In this document: piece after piece, positions 9,497 through 19,355 of the stretch
How the letters are laid out: each line of letters opens with the position of its first letter
Position numbering within the stretch: the stretch's first letter is position 1
NCBI GenBank assembly: GCA_030550175.1
Contig: JAUQPW010000007.1
Span: 15,858 to 79,857, forward strand
DNA length: 64,000 nt
Direction of reading: 5' to 3'
Source: a bacterium
Lineage (GTDB): Bacteria; Moduliflexota; Moduliflexia; Moduliflexales; JAUQPW01
The notes under the pieces: generated by a model
Databases searched by the model: none
The model's input: only the letters and a program-made list of their open reading frames with translations
Told to the model about the DNA's origin: nothing
Made by a program: the position numbers and the translations under genes

Positions 9497-10126
9497 TTAA
9501 TCGGTTATCCCCACAAAACGCCCATCCCCGGTTGACCCATTTATATTAAAACTCGAACTGTTTTCATCCTGGGATAAAATGATCGTTTTGACATTACGCC
9601 CAAATTTAAAGGCCTTGGCATCCACTTTAGCCTCAAAGGCTTCTCCGGTTGTAATCGTACGTCCTTTTTCAAGAGTTACCGGATCTTTAGAAGAAATAAG
9701 TCCCGTGGTGGTATCATAGACCAACTGATGGGCCTGTAATTTAACCCCGTCCTCATTTACGGCAACCACATTTCCGGTAATCGTAACGGTTTTTGTAATA
9801 TCCGATTTTAATCCTTCCTTTCCCGTAAGGCTTAATGCCTTACCCTGGTCATCAAAGAATCGTGCATGGACGTCACTCAATCGGGTTTCCTTTTGATCAT
9901 TAAAAATTTCTGCGGTCCTGGCGGTTAGACTCCATAAAAGCTGATTTCCCGATGACTCCGTCAACTCTACATCGTTAATAACGATATCTGCATGGGTATC
10001 TAATGGGTTACTTTTAACCGGCGACACGGGAACCCTCTGATAGGAGAAAACATAAAAGCTGCTGATGGCTATCATAGCCAGTAAAATAAACAGAAATAAT
10101 CCTTTTAATACCTTAAACTTGATCAT
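9497..10126 (-). CDS. lptC: LPS export system protein LptC
   Basis: N-terminal TM anchor followed by an LptC-like beta-jellyroll (DVELTESSGNQLLWSLTARTAEIFN...). It lies upstream of lptA. Confidence 0.72.
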   Translation of the reverse strand: MIKFKVLKGLFLFILLAMIAISSFYVFSYQRVPVSPVKSNPLDTHADIVINDVELTESSGNQLLWSLTARTAEIFNDQKETRLSDVHARFFDDQGKALSLTGKEGLKSDITKTVTITGNVVAVNEDGVKLQAHQLVYDTTTGLISSKDPVTLEKGRTITTGEAFEAKVDAKAFKFGRNVKTIILSQDENSSSFNINGSTGDGRFVGITD

Positions 10127-10601
10127 GATGGAAATAAGGGAGCAAAGTCTTATAGGTAGATTTGATATGCTCTGGAATGACCCGTACTTCCGCGATTACA
10201 GTCATATAGTTGGTGTCTCCGCCCCATCGGGGAACAATATGAACATGGATATGATCTTTGACTCCGGCCCCCGCAACGGCTCCTATATTAATCCCCATAT
10301 TAAACCCTTCCGGGTGAAAAGCTTTCCTGAGAATGGTTTCGCACCGTTGTACCTCCGAGAAAACATCCAAGATTTCCTCTTGAGTTAAATCGGCAAGATA
10401 AGGCACATGTCGATAAGGAATGATCATCAAGTGCCCATTATTATAAGGATAGAGGTTCATCATGATAAACGAATGCTGGCCCCGATACAATACGTAATGG
10501 ACCTCATCTTCTTTTTCTGCCAATGCAGTGCAAAATAGACAACCCCTTTTTTTATCAGATAAAATATATTCGATTCTCCAAGGCGCCCAGAGGATTTCCA
10601 C
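10113..10601 (-). CDS. HIT family hydrolase (Ap4A hydrolase / GalT-like branch)
   Basis: Histidine triad HIHVHIVPR near the C-terminus. 162 aa. Confidence 0.78.
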   Translation of the reverse strand: MEILWAPWRIEYILSDKKRGCLFCTALAEKEDEVHYVLYRGQHSFIMMNLYPYNNGHLMIIPYRHVPYLADLTQEEILDVFSEVQRCETILRKAFHPEGFNMGINIGAVAGAGVKDHIHVHIVPRWGGDTNYMTVIAEVRVIPEHIKSTYKTLLPYFHHDQV

Positions 10602-10860
10602 AAATTCTAAACTGACAGTTCACAGGAGTAGGATCTAAAAAATTTTCTACTCCTTACTCCTTATGACCCAGTATTACCAATTCTTAGGCATATGTTATGC
10701 ATATGCAACTTTAGTTTTATTAGATTTTTTTTCTTTGTCAAGTTCTTATATTGGAAATTTTTTACTTATCCAAATGACAGGCTCTCCCACCTCTAGAAAC
10801 AATTTTATATAGGAACTTTATCCACTCTTACCTCCTTACAGGATAATTCCAAAAACCACT

Positions 10861-12060
10861 CTATGCCCACTCTAAAGCCTGACGTAAATCTTCCAGGATA
10901 TCTTCCAGATCTTCAATTCCCACCGATAATCGGATAAGTCCTTCGGTAATACCTAATTTCTCTCGCTCCTCCTTAGGCATCCGGCGATGAGAAGTGGCCG
11001 CGGGAATAGTGACCAGTCCCTCAACTCCTCCCAAACTACCGGCTAAGTGAAAGAGCTTTAAGTGGCGTACAACCTTTTCTGCTTCTGCACCCCCGGACAC
11101 TTCAAAACTCAGCATTCCCCCAAATCCTCGCATCTGCTTCCGGGCGATTTCATGTTGGGGGTGATCTTCGAGTCCCGGGTAAAAAACTTTCCGCACCTTA
11201 GGATGGTTTTGAAGAAATCGAGCGACCTGTAAGCCATTTTGATTATGACGTTCCATTCTGGCTCCTAAGGTTTTAATCCCTCGATTCAGTAACCAGGCGG
11301 TATGAGGATCCGGAATCCCCCCATACACATATCGAATATACTGAATTCGGCTCATCAGTTCCTGGCTTCCTATCACGACACCGGCCAGAATATCACTGTG
11401 GCCTCCTAAATACTTCGAACCACTATGAATTTCAATATCTACTCCCATGTTTAAAGGCTTCTGATTAAAAGGTGAAGCAAAAGTATTATCAATGACGGTA
11501 AGGATCTTATACCTCTTTCCAATCTCAACGATTTTTTCGATATCCAGCACCTTCAACATGGGATTCGTAGGGGTTTCAAAGTAAATGACTCGGGTGGAAG
11601 GGCGAAGGGCGGCTTCCAGAGCTTTTAAATCCCCGGTTTCAACAAAAGTAGTCTCCACCTGAAATCGGGGAAGCTCATTTTTAAGAAAGTTAAAGCTTCC
11701 TCCATAAATATCTTGAAAAGCTACAATATGATCTCCGGAACTGACCAAAGCCAGGAAGGTAGAAGTAATGGCGGCCATTCCAGAAGCAAAAACTAAAGCC
11801 CTTTCTCCCTGGGCAAGGGTCGCGATTTTAGCTTCGACGGCCTGGAAGGTAGGATTGCTGGCACGGGTATAGAAAAAGCCCTTTTTCTTACCGCTAATGA
11901 CCTCTTTGAAGGTCTCCATATCCGGTTGAGCGTACATCACCGTCGGATAAATAGGGAGACCAATGGATCCGGTTGCCGGATCTGGAGGGTCTCCGGCAGA
12001 TACCGCCTGAGTATGAAATCCTTTCATCCGATTTGTCTGATCCTGCCACTCCTGTTCCAT
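10861..12060 (-). CDS. PLP-dependent trans-sulfuration family enzyme (cystathionine gamma-synthase/beta-lyase / O-acetylhomoserine sulfhydrylase-like)
   Basis: 399 aa. Signature of the Cys/Met-metabolism PLP-dependent family (…VFASGMAAITS…, …IHSGSKYLGGHSDILAGVV… with the PLP-binding Lys). Confidence 0.8.
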   Translation of the reverse strand: MEQEWQDQTNRMKGFHTQAVSAGDPPDPATGSIGLPIYPTVMYAQPDMETFKEVISGKKKGFFYTRASNPTFQAVEAKIATLAQGERALVFASGMAAITSTFLALVSSGDHIVAFQDIYGGSFNFLKNELPRFQVETTFVETGDLKALEAALRPSTRVIYFETPTNPMLKVLDIEKIVEIGKRYKILTVIDNTFASPFNQKPLNMGVDIEIHSGSKYLGGHSDILAGVVIGSQELMSRIQYIRYVYGGIPDPHTAWLLNRGIKTLGARMERHNQNGLQVARFLQNHPKVRKVFYPGLEDHPQHEIARKQMRGFGGMLSFEVSGGAEAEKVVRHLKLFHLAGSLGGVEGLVTIPAATSHRRMPKEEREKLGITEGLIRLSVGIEDLEDILEDLRQALEWA

Positions 12061-12301
12061 ATCTCTACACCCCTTTAATCGTGAACAATTTCCCGTAAAT
12101 CCTCTTGATTCTATTTTTATAATACAGTACAGTATCCTTACCTCAATTTCAAGGAACTTTTCTTTTATTATAAATCATGAAAGGCACTATGGAACTATAT
12201 AGTGACACGATACATTGCCTCTCTACTAATTTGCTCTTAACCTGATATCATCAAAGCCCCGGCCCGGAAACCAGAAAGTTCAATTCTACAAACGTAGAGA
12301 T

Positions 12302-12695
12302 ATGAAGACCTGGTTTAAATATCTGCTTCTTATCTCCTTAGCGGTTTATCTGCTGAACCAATATCTGAATATACCTTTGCTACGGCTTCAGACGATGGCT
12401 CTTACCTCACCGTAAAAGATCAACAAGTAGTGGATAACGGCCGGATTTTCCGGCGCCCGGCTCAGCTGCATGAGCTTACCTCACTGTAGAAGATCAACAA
12501 GTAGTGGATAACGGGGGGAATCATGGATTAAAAAGAGTCCAGGGGCAAATCTACTTGAAGGCGGGAATACATCCGATTCAGGTTAAATATTTTCAGGGGG
12601 GAGGAGCCTATGGAATGGAACTCCTGTGGGCTCGAGAAAATAAGAATCTGGAAGAGATTCCCTACTACGTTCTATTACCCGATCCTATCAACTAG
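12302..12695 (+). pseudogene. PA14-domain protein relic, disrupted by a -1 frameshift and a 74-bp tandem duplication
   Basis: Frame 2 holds an N-terminal signal-like peptide (MKTWFKYLLLISLAVYLLNQ). Frame 1 reads YTFATASDDGSYLTVKDQQVVDNG. After the duplicated segment (copy 1 at 12401-12440, copy 2 at 12475-12514), frame 0 reads DNGGNHGLKRVQGQIYLKAGIHPIQVKYFQGGGAYGMELLWARENKNLEEIP. Together these match the PA14 consensus (…sDDG..L.idg..vidn.g.h…L.aG.hpi.v.Yfe.gg.a.l.L.W). Confidence 0.5.
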
Positions 12696-12803
12696 GGGCG
12701 TTATAAGTTAGCACGCAGTTTAAGTTACATACTTGTATTCCTGAAATGGATCTGGCTGACCATCCTGGCATATTCCATCGAGCATTATCTATTCAGGCGA
12801 AAG

Positions 12804-12995
12804 GTGAGTTCTTTCTACGGACGATGTTTGAGAGTACTGATGTGTTTTGTCGGACTCTATTTACTCGGTTGGTTCTTTACAAAAGACATCTGGTTAGGGA
12901 TTCTAATTTATCTCTATCCTAACCAACAATATTCGACAAATCTCCCTAAATCCCTGGTCAGAATTTGCCATGATGGCGCTCTATCTACTCAGTGA
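12804..12995 (+). CDS. hypothetical small membrane protein (may be the N-terminal fragment of the next ORF)
   Basis: 63-aa hydrophobic ORF overlapping the start of 12970..13488 in another frame. No recognisable family. Confidence 0.25.
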   Translation: MSSFYGRCLRVLMCFVGLYLLGWFFTKDIWLGILIYLYPNQQYSTNLPKSLVRICHDGALSTQ

Positions 12996-13488
12996 TAATT
13001 TGGTGAGTTTAGCCGGACCGCTTTCCAGGTTAGTCAATCCTTTTTGGATCCAACAACTTGAAAGCTTAAAGACCCAATTTCCGGCGGAAAAGTCTTTCGG
13101 CCTGTACCTTTCCATAAGTGGGTCCTTAGAACTCTTGGGTACAAGCGAAGTGGGACCGGACAACTATGCGCTGATCACTTCTGATACGGTCGGTGTTGAT
13201 CCCTATCTCCAAACACCCCCGTGGGGAATCGAGGTTTTAAATAATCATAGTTTTTTGTGGCTAGGTCGGGGTAGCGAGCAAGGAATAAAAGGCATTCTCT
13301 GGTCGCCCAGGGAGCAGACGGTGCAAATGAATTTCGAGGTTGCACCGGGTCCGGCACAGACCGATCCTCTTTGGGGTGTTGAGTTGGCCCTGGAAAACCA
13401 AGCTGGGTTCCAGACAGAACGTCAATGGTTTGATACACCTGCGACCCTTACCTTCAAAAATAAACTCCAGGCAGGTGTAACGCTTTGA
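12970..13488 (+). CDS. hypothetical protein
   Basis: 172-aa ORF with coding-like composition. No recognisable motif. Confidence 0.35.
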   Translation: MMALYLLSDNLVSLAGPLSRLVNPFWIQQLESLKTQFPAEKSFGLYLSISGSLELLGTSEVGPDNYALITSDTVGVDPYLQTPPWGIEVLNNHSFLWLGRGSEQGIKGILWSPREQTVQMNFEVAPGPAQTDPLWGVELALENQAGFQTERQWFDTPATLTFKNKLQAGVTL

Positions 13489-13825
13489 GTTTTACGTGGT
13501 GGCTGATGTCATCCCACCATCCCAGAAGGAATATAAATGGGTCCTTTTACACCATGTAACGATAAAGGCCTGGTCGAAATAACAAACTTCTTTACTTTAA
13601 AGGTAAAAGGAGAATATTTACCCCTGGGATTCGACCGATGTTGGACTGTCTTCCATGACCACGCCGATTAACCTACCGAGATTTTGAATCACTGTACAAC
13701 AAGAGGAAATTTTGAACAGGATAAGACTTCGTTTTCCTTGACAAATCAGTCTTTATGGGTTATCAAGCTGAGTAGTTTGATCCGGTTACTTATTTTTTAA
13801 TTTAACTGAAAAGGAGATCTTATTT

Positions 13826-15235
13826 ATGACTTCAAAACCATCCGGAACTCTTCTTGCTTCCTTACAATCTGTAGATACCGAAAGAATTCGGGAGATCAGC
13901 CGAAAGCATCTCTGGCAACCCCTCCTCCAACATAGTCTTTTAGAAACCCAAAAACCCCTGGTTATCACAGAAGGAAAGGGCTGCTATTTGATAGATTCCG
14001 AGGGTCATGAATATTTAGATGCCTTCTCTGGACTCTGGGCCGTTAACATAGGGTATGGTCGGCAGGAGGTAGCCGATGCGGTTTATCGACAGATGAACCA
14101 GCTTAACTACTATCCACTCAGCCAGCTCAACGTTCCGGCAGCGCTTTTAGCCGAAAAGCTTGCCTCTATCCTTCCCGGAGATCTAGAACGGATTTTCTTC
14201 GTTAATAGCGGATCGGAAGCGGTGGAAACGGCTCTCAAAATCGCCCGGCAATACGGACGGCAGAAATATCCGGGAGAAAATCGCTATAAAATCATCTCAC
14301 GATATCGAAGTTATCATGGATTTACCATGGGTGCACTCTCTGCCACAGGACAGAAAATGCGGAAGAGAAAATTTGAACCTCTGGTTCCCGGTTTTCTCCA
14401 TGCCCATCCCCCTTATTGTTACCGTTGTCCCCTTAACCTCAAGTACCCGGCATGTAATATTCAATGCGCCGAGGAGATTGGAAATATCATCCAACATGAA
14501 GGGAAAGAATCTGTTGCCGCGGTTATTGCAGAACCGATTATCGGAGGAGGAGGCGTGATTGTTCCCCCACCTGAATACTTCCCCAAACTCAGGAAGATCT
14601 GTGATGATCATGGGGTATTGTTGATTGCCGATGAAGTAATTACCGGATTTGGGCGAACAGGTACCCTTTTTGCCTCAGAAGCCTTTAATATTAGACCGGA
14701 TATGATCACCCTGGCTAAGGGAATTAGCAGTGCTTATCTGCCTTTAGCAGCCTGTGCTACAACTCCCGAAGTGTTCGATGTATTTCTGGGAAGTCCAGGA
14801 GCCGAACTGGAGTTCGGTCAGGTCAGTACCTTTGGGGGCCATCCGGTAGCCTGTGCAGCCGGCCTGGCCAATTTAGATATCCTTCTTCGAGAGCGACTTT
14901 GGGAGAACTCCGCGGAGGTAGGCTCGTATCTTCTAAAAGGGTTGGAACAGCTCAAGGAATTCCCTATCGTAGGAGATGTACGTGGCAAGGGGCTCCTGGC
15001 CGGAATCGAGATTGTGAAGGATGAAAACAAAACCCCCGCAGACGATAAAATCATCGGAACGATCTTGAAGGAAGCCCGGGAGGAAGGGGTTATCGTAGGA
15101 CGTATGGCCATGGCGGTTACGGATTACAATAATGTCGTAGCCCTATCTCCTCCCTTATCCCTCAAAAAAGAGGAGGCCGATCGAATTGTGAATGCGTTAC
15201 AAAAATCCATCGGGAAAGTAGCAAGAAGTTTGTGA
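13826..15235 (+). CDS. class-III (omega) aminotransferase, PLP-dependent
   Basis: 469 aa. Motifs NSGSEAVETALKIARQY, LLIADEVITGFGRTG and the SxxK region match the aspartate aminotransferase-fold class III (BioA/GabT-like). An RBS (aaaaggagatct) precedes the start. Confidence 0.85.
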   Translation: MTSKPSGTLLASLQSVDTERIREISRKHLWQPLLQHSLLETQKPLVITEGKGCYLIDSEGHEYLDAFSGLWAVNIGYGRQEVADAVYRQMNQLNYYPLSQLNVPAALLAEKLASILPGDLERIFFVNSGSEAVETALKIARQYGRQKYPGENRYKIISRYRSYHGFTMGALSATGQKMRKRKFEPLVPGFLHAHPPYCYRCPLNLKYPACNIQCAEEIGNIIQHEGKESVAAVIAEPIIGGGGVIVPPPEYFPKLRKICDDHGVLLIADEVITGFGRTGTLFASEAFNIRPDMITLAKGISSAYLPLAACATTPEVFDVFLGSPGAELEFGQVSTFGGHPVACAAGLANLDILLRERLWENSAEVGSYLLKGLEQLKEFPIVGDVRGKGLLAGIEIVKDENKTPADDKIIGTILKEAREEGVIVGRMAMAVTDYNNVVALSPPLSLKKEEADRIVNALQKSIGKVARSL

Positions 15236-15678
15236 GGATTTTAATCTATTACTTATCAGCCTGGAAAGTGGTAAGTGAAGGCGGTAGCTGTATCAATTTC
15301 TGACGAAAATCGCCCTACGGATTTTCATGCTTTGCGGCAACCCAACGGGTCATGACCGTTGAGTAAGGCTTTTCCCCTTCTTAGCTTGATGCGTAGGGGG
15401 GTTAGGAAGTGTTTTGTTAGAAAGTAACACCTGCTAAATTATTACAATTACGCGGGAGTGCGGGCGGGAACGCCCGCCATTCCGGTTTAAAACTCCCCGG
15501 CCCGGTGAGGAGCATCCTGTTAAACAGAATGCCCTTACAGGGCTTTGAGGATTGTTGGAATTTTATAATTATCAACAGACTGCTCCTCCGGGGTTTAAAC
15601 CCTTAACTTAGTCCCTTACTCTGCAAGGTAGCCCCAGGAGCCGGGAGGTAGTTTCATCATTAAATAAAAAGGAGAGAT

Positions 15679-15948
15679 ATGGAGTTTAAAACCAGTGACC
15701 TGAAAATGTTAAGCCAGAGATTAGAAGAATTGGCCGGCAACGGAAATAGAATGGCCATTCAGATACAGAAAACCTTAAATAGAACCATTGAGGAAGTCAG
15801 AGAGGTATGGCACGAACTGGATGATTTACCCCTGTCTGAATGGAACGAAGAGGCCAGGGAGCTTTTTGAAATAGTCGATAACCTTTTAAAGGTTATTTGT
15901 GTCTTCTCGGTAGATGAAGGGAATATCTCTTTATCGCAATCCTGCTAA
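15679..15948 (+). CDS. hypothetical protein
   Basis: 89-aa ORF preceded by an RBS (aaaaggagagat). No family recognised. Confidence 0.35.
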   Translation: MEFKTSDLKMLSQRLEELAGNGNRMAIQIQKTLNRTIEEVREVWHELDDLPLSEWNEEARELFEIVDNLLKVICVFSVDEGNISLSQSC

Positions 15949-16010
15949 GGGTAATCACCAGATGGAGATCTTCTATTCTTTGGGATGGATGTCTTCTTTT
16001 GTGAACGGGG

Positions 16011-16502
16011 GTGGCATTTTACAGGGTTTACCGTTCACAGGGGAAGAATGAAGGAAGATCCATGAGTGATTGGATAGATCGATTAGAGAGAATTGATCCG
16101 AAACTCGTCCTGCATATACGGGTCGACGAACTTACCATTACGGAGATTAACGAATTGCTGGATTTGTGGGAAGAGCACTCCAATGATGAGTTCACCGAGG
16201 CCATTAAGGACATGCTTTTCCACCGGGAAGGTTTTATAGGGAAAACTCTTTTAAAGGATTTGAAACAAAAGCTCCAGGTAAAGAAGGTAGATTCCCCTGA
16301 CAGGAAGAAGGTTCAGATTTTCGGGGAGGAGCATGTCATTACCCGGCGCAATAATTTTTTCTTACTGGACTGGAAATATCCCTTTATTCACTATAAACGC
16401 ATAAACCGTGGCTTTTGGGTAGATCCTGAGAGTGGTTATATTCTTTACCGCTTTGGAAGGTGGATGGTAAAGGATAACTGGCCGGTGTGTTTAAACGGAT
16501 AG
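16011..16502 (+). CDS. hypothetical protein
   Basis: 163-aa ORF, possibly starting at the internal Met (MSDWIDRL). No family recognised. Confidence 0.35.
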   Translation: MAFYRVYRSQGKNEGRSMSDWIDRLERIDPKLVLHIRVDELTITEINELLDLWEEHSNDEFTEAIKDMLFHREGFIGKTLLKDLKQKLQVKKVDSPDRKKVQIFGEEHVITRRNNFFLLDWKYPFIHYKRINRGFWVDPESGYILYRFGRWMVKDNWPVCLNG

Positions 16503-16525
16503 GGATGAAACCTTGGATCAATCCC

Positions 16526-17419
16526 TCAATAAGGTTCGTCTCCGATCACCGTACAGCGGCGCATGACCCGGCGCTCTCGGGTCGTATCATAGGCTGTTGC
16601 CCGGTGTAACAGACAGCGATTATCCCAAACGAGAACCTGTCTGGGTTCCCATTTATGGCGGTAGACGAGATGATCAGGCGTGGCAAGCCGATTGACTTCT
16701 TCAATGAGGGCCCGACCTTCTTCGTAGTTCATACCCTGAATAAACTCTGCATGATCTCCCAGAAAAATACATTTACGCTTCGTCTCCGGGTGGGTACGAA
16801 TAATGGGGTGGTCTACGGGGGGAACTTGGGCTTTTTGTTCTTCGGTTAACCGATCTTCCCCATGGCGACGGGTACGCGAGAAGTCCAAACTATGGACGGC
16901 CCGAAGTCCGCGGAGTCGTTTCTTCATCTCCTCACTTAATTCTTCGTAAGCTCTGTACATATCGCAAAAATGGGTCTCTCCACCCCTGGAGGGTACGATC
17001 TCCGCGTACATAATCGTAGCATGGCCGGTGCGGCGTCGCCAGGACCCATCGGTATGCCAGTACAGGGTCCCCTTGTCCGGATGTTTCCCGCTGGGATTGC
17101 CGGCCTCGTCCAGGTTGGAAAGAAAATAGATCTCGGGATAGTCCTTGTACCCATGATATTGATCCATCACATGGACCTGCACTTCACCAAAATTCCGGGC
17201 AAACTGAACCTGCAACGCCGGGGGCAGGTCTACATCCCGGAACAGAATGACCTGGTAGGTGAGGAAGGCTTCGTAGATGGCAGGGAATATCTCTTCCTTG
17301 ATCCCCTCGCTGAGAGTAATCCCAACGATTTCAGCCCCAAGGACCGGAGATAAGGGTCTGACCTCGAACGGCCAGTTATAAGACCTATTTGCTTTGTGAA
17401 AATCTTGAAGATGCATCAT
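16526..17419 (-). CDS. TauD/TfdA-family Fe(II)/2-oxoglutarate-dependent dioxygenase
   Basis: 297 aa. HTDGSW (HxD iron-binding dyad) and a C-terminal His/Arg region typical of taurine dioxygenase-like enzymes. Confidence 0.78.
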   Translation of the reverse strand: MMHLQDFHKANRSYNWPFEVRPLSPVLGAEIVGITLSEGIKEEIFPAIYEAFLTYQVILFRDVDLPPALQVQFARNFGEVQVHVMDQYHGYKDYPEIYFLSNLDEAGNPSGKHPDKGTLYWHTDGSWRRRTGHATIMYAEIVPSRGGETHFCDMYRAYEELSEEMKKRLRGLRAVHSLDFSRTRRHGEDRLTEEQKAQVPPVDHPIIRTHPETKRKCIFLGDHAEFIQGMNYEEGRALIEEVNRLATPDHLVYRHKWEPRQVLVWDNRCLLHRATAYDTTRERRVMRRCTVIGDEPY

Positions 17420-17467
17420 TTCCTCCTTTTCTGGATCCAGAGATTAATCTATCCCTTGAGAAAGAAC

Positions 17468-18889
17468 CTAAGAACTGCCGGCATAGTTATATAGAATATC
17501 CACATACGACTTCTCTGCCTCGACGATCCCTGCGACCTTCCCATCTCCTTCGATAACCAGATATTCATCCGGGCTATGGGCATTACCACCATGTCCCAAA
17601 CCCCCACTGCAATAAGGAAGGTTGATGGGATCTCCACAGTAAAGGTACATAGGCCAGCTCCCGCCGGAGATAGGCCATATTTGGGGTTCTATTCCGTTCT
17701 TCCGATAGGTTTGAATAACGGCCTGGGCAATAGCCGTTTTATAACTGACCTTAGCAGGAGAATAACCAGCCAGGGGTTTTATGAGGATATCCTTGTAGCC
17801 TCGCCGGTCCAAATGGGCTCTGAGCTTGCTCATCACCTCATTAACGGTCATTTTAGGGACCAGGCGTATATCTGCCTTACAGGCAACCTTATGGGGAAGG
17901 ACGGTTTTGGAACCTGCGCCGATATGACCTCCGTAGATGCCTTGAATATTCAGGGTAGGACTGTAAAGAAACCTGATGAGCAGATCCCGCCCCTGGAGGT
18001 CATCGATCCAATGATCGATTTTAAACATGCGCTGCCAGACTTCCGGATTGAAGGTTTTTTCCAGTTGATCGATGAGTTCCAGATCTTCCTCTGAGGGGGG
18101 AAGAACATTATCATAGAAACCTTCTATTTGTACGGTATTTCCATCTTCGGAAGTCAAGGAAGCCAGGGCATGAATAAAGCGCCAGATAGGACTATCTGCG
18201 GCAGCTTTCATACTACTATGTACATCAAACTCCTTGGGGCCCCGGCCCCAGAGACTGCCCGAGCATTCTAACTCAAATTCGAAAATTCCTTTGGCACCCA
18301 TCGCCATTCGAATACTCCCATCAATTTGCTGGGAAGGACCCGTATTGAGAACCGCATCGGCCCGACGCAATTGATCCTCATATTGACGGATAAACTGCTC
18401 TAAATGAGGACTTCCCAGTTCTTCCTCTCCTTCCGCCGTAAACATGATATTCACCGGTAGTTTTCCCTCAACAGCGATGATGGATTCCAGGGCATTGAGC
18501 CACATCCGATACCCCCCTTTGCTGTTAAAAGCTCCTCGGGCTATAACCACCTTTTTAAAAGGCGGCTTTTCCACCAATGTCGCATCAAAGGGCGGGAAAG
18601 TCCAAACCTCTCCGGCTACCGGCTGAACATCGTACATACAGTAGTTGATCAGTGTTTTAGGAGCCCCTACATCATAGTGGGCCCAAATACAGGGATGACC
18701 CTCTGTTTCCACCAGCTCAACTTCCCGGCATCCCAACTTACGATAATATTCCATAAGGAGATCCGCACACTCTCGGATTCCCTTGTTTTCAGCACTAATA
18801 CTGGGCTGACGCAGATATTCCTGCACCTTAGCAATGTGCTCCGATTTATGATCTTCTATATACCGATAGATTTTTTCAAGATCTGGCAT
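17468..18889 (-). CDS. M20-family metallopeptidase (ArgE/DapE/CPG2-like dipeptidase/deacylase)
   Basis: 473 aa. Shows the M20 catalytic and dimerisation domain arrangement (…HYDVGAPK…, …ARGAFNSKGG…, …EGEEELGS…). Confidence 0.78.
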   Translation of the reverse strand: MPDLEKIYRYIEDHKSEHIAKVQEYLRQPSISAENKGIRECADLLMEYYRKLGCREVELVETEGHPCIWAHYDVGAPKTLINYCMYDVQPVAGEVWTFPPFDATLVEKPPFKKVVIARGAFNSKGGYRMWLNALESIIAVEGKLPVNIMFTAEGEEELGSPHLEQFIRQYEDQLRRADAVLNTGPSQQIDGSIRMAMGAKGIFEFELECSGSLWGRGPKEFDVHSSMKAAADSPIWRFIHALASLTSEDGNTVQIEGFYDNVLPPSEEDLELIDQLEKTFNPEVWQRMFKIDHWIDDLQGRDLLIRFLYSPTLNIQGIYGGHIGAGSKTVLPHKVACKADIRLVPKMTVNEVMSKLRAHLDRRGYKDILIKPLAGYSPAKVSYKTAIAQAVIQTYRKNGIEPQIWPISGGSWPMYLYCGDPINLPYCSGGLGHGGNAHSPDEYLVIEGDGKVAGIVEAEKSYVDILYNYAGSS

Positions 18890-18984
18890 TTTGCAGAGAT
18901 CTATGTAACTAATAGCCGTTAACCCATAGCCATGAACAATTAATTAATCCGCTTCTACCGCTGTACCCCAAAATTACCCCTTGT

Positions 18985-19224
18985 TCATGACTCGACTAAT
19001 TTCCTTACATAAACCTTATACTCCCCCTCGACCTCCTCTTCGATTCCTAAAAATTCATGGCCGGTACTCTTACACCAGTTGGGCATATCTACTTTAATTC
19101 CTTCATCATCGGAAAGAACTTCCAGAATCTGTCCCACCTGCATACTCTTAAATTTTTTTGCCGTTTTGATGATGGGAATAGGACAAAGGAGGCCTAACGT
19201 ATCCAGCGTAGCATCTGCTCGCAT
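18985..19224 (-). CDS. TusA-like sulfurtransferase (two-component sulfur carrier)
   Basis: 79 aa with the CPxP active-site motif (LDTLGLLCPIPIIK). Confidence 0.8.
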   Translation of the reverse strand: MRADATLDTLGLLCPIPIIKTAKKFKSMQVGQILEVLSDDEGIKVDMPNWCKSTGHEFLGIEEEVEGEYKVYVRKLVES

Positions 19225-19355
19225 AGCTTTGTCTGTTGTTCGTAATCTGTCGTCCGTTGTCGAAGATCCCGGCCTGTAATACGTTTATCATAACCCGGAT
19301 CTTCATCCCCTGCACAGCCAACCGTGCTCTTACAAACCCAGGGATAACGAACGGA

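Noticed and set aside
10600-10860. AT-rich 260-bp spacer with a TTGACA-like hexamer as a sigma-70 promoter for the HIT/lptC operon
   Set aside because: No convincing -10 at proper spacing could be identified by eye, so it was not reported as a feature.
12504-12695. 63-aa ORF as an independent small gene
   Set aside because: It is the in-frame tail of the PA14 relic, beginning at a GTG created inside the 74-bp duplication.
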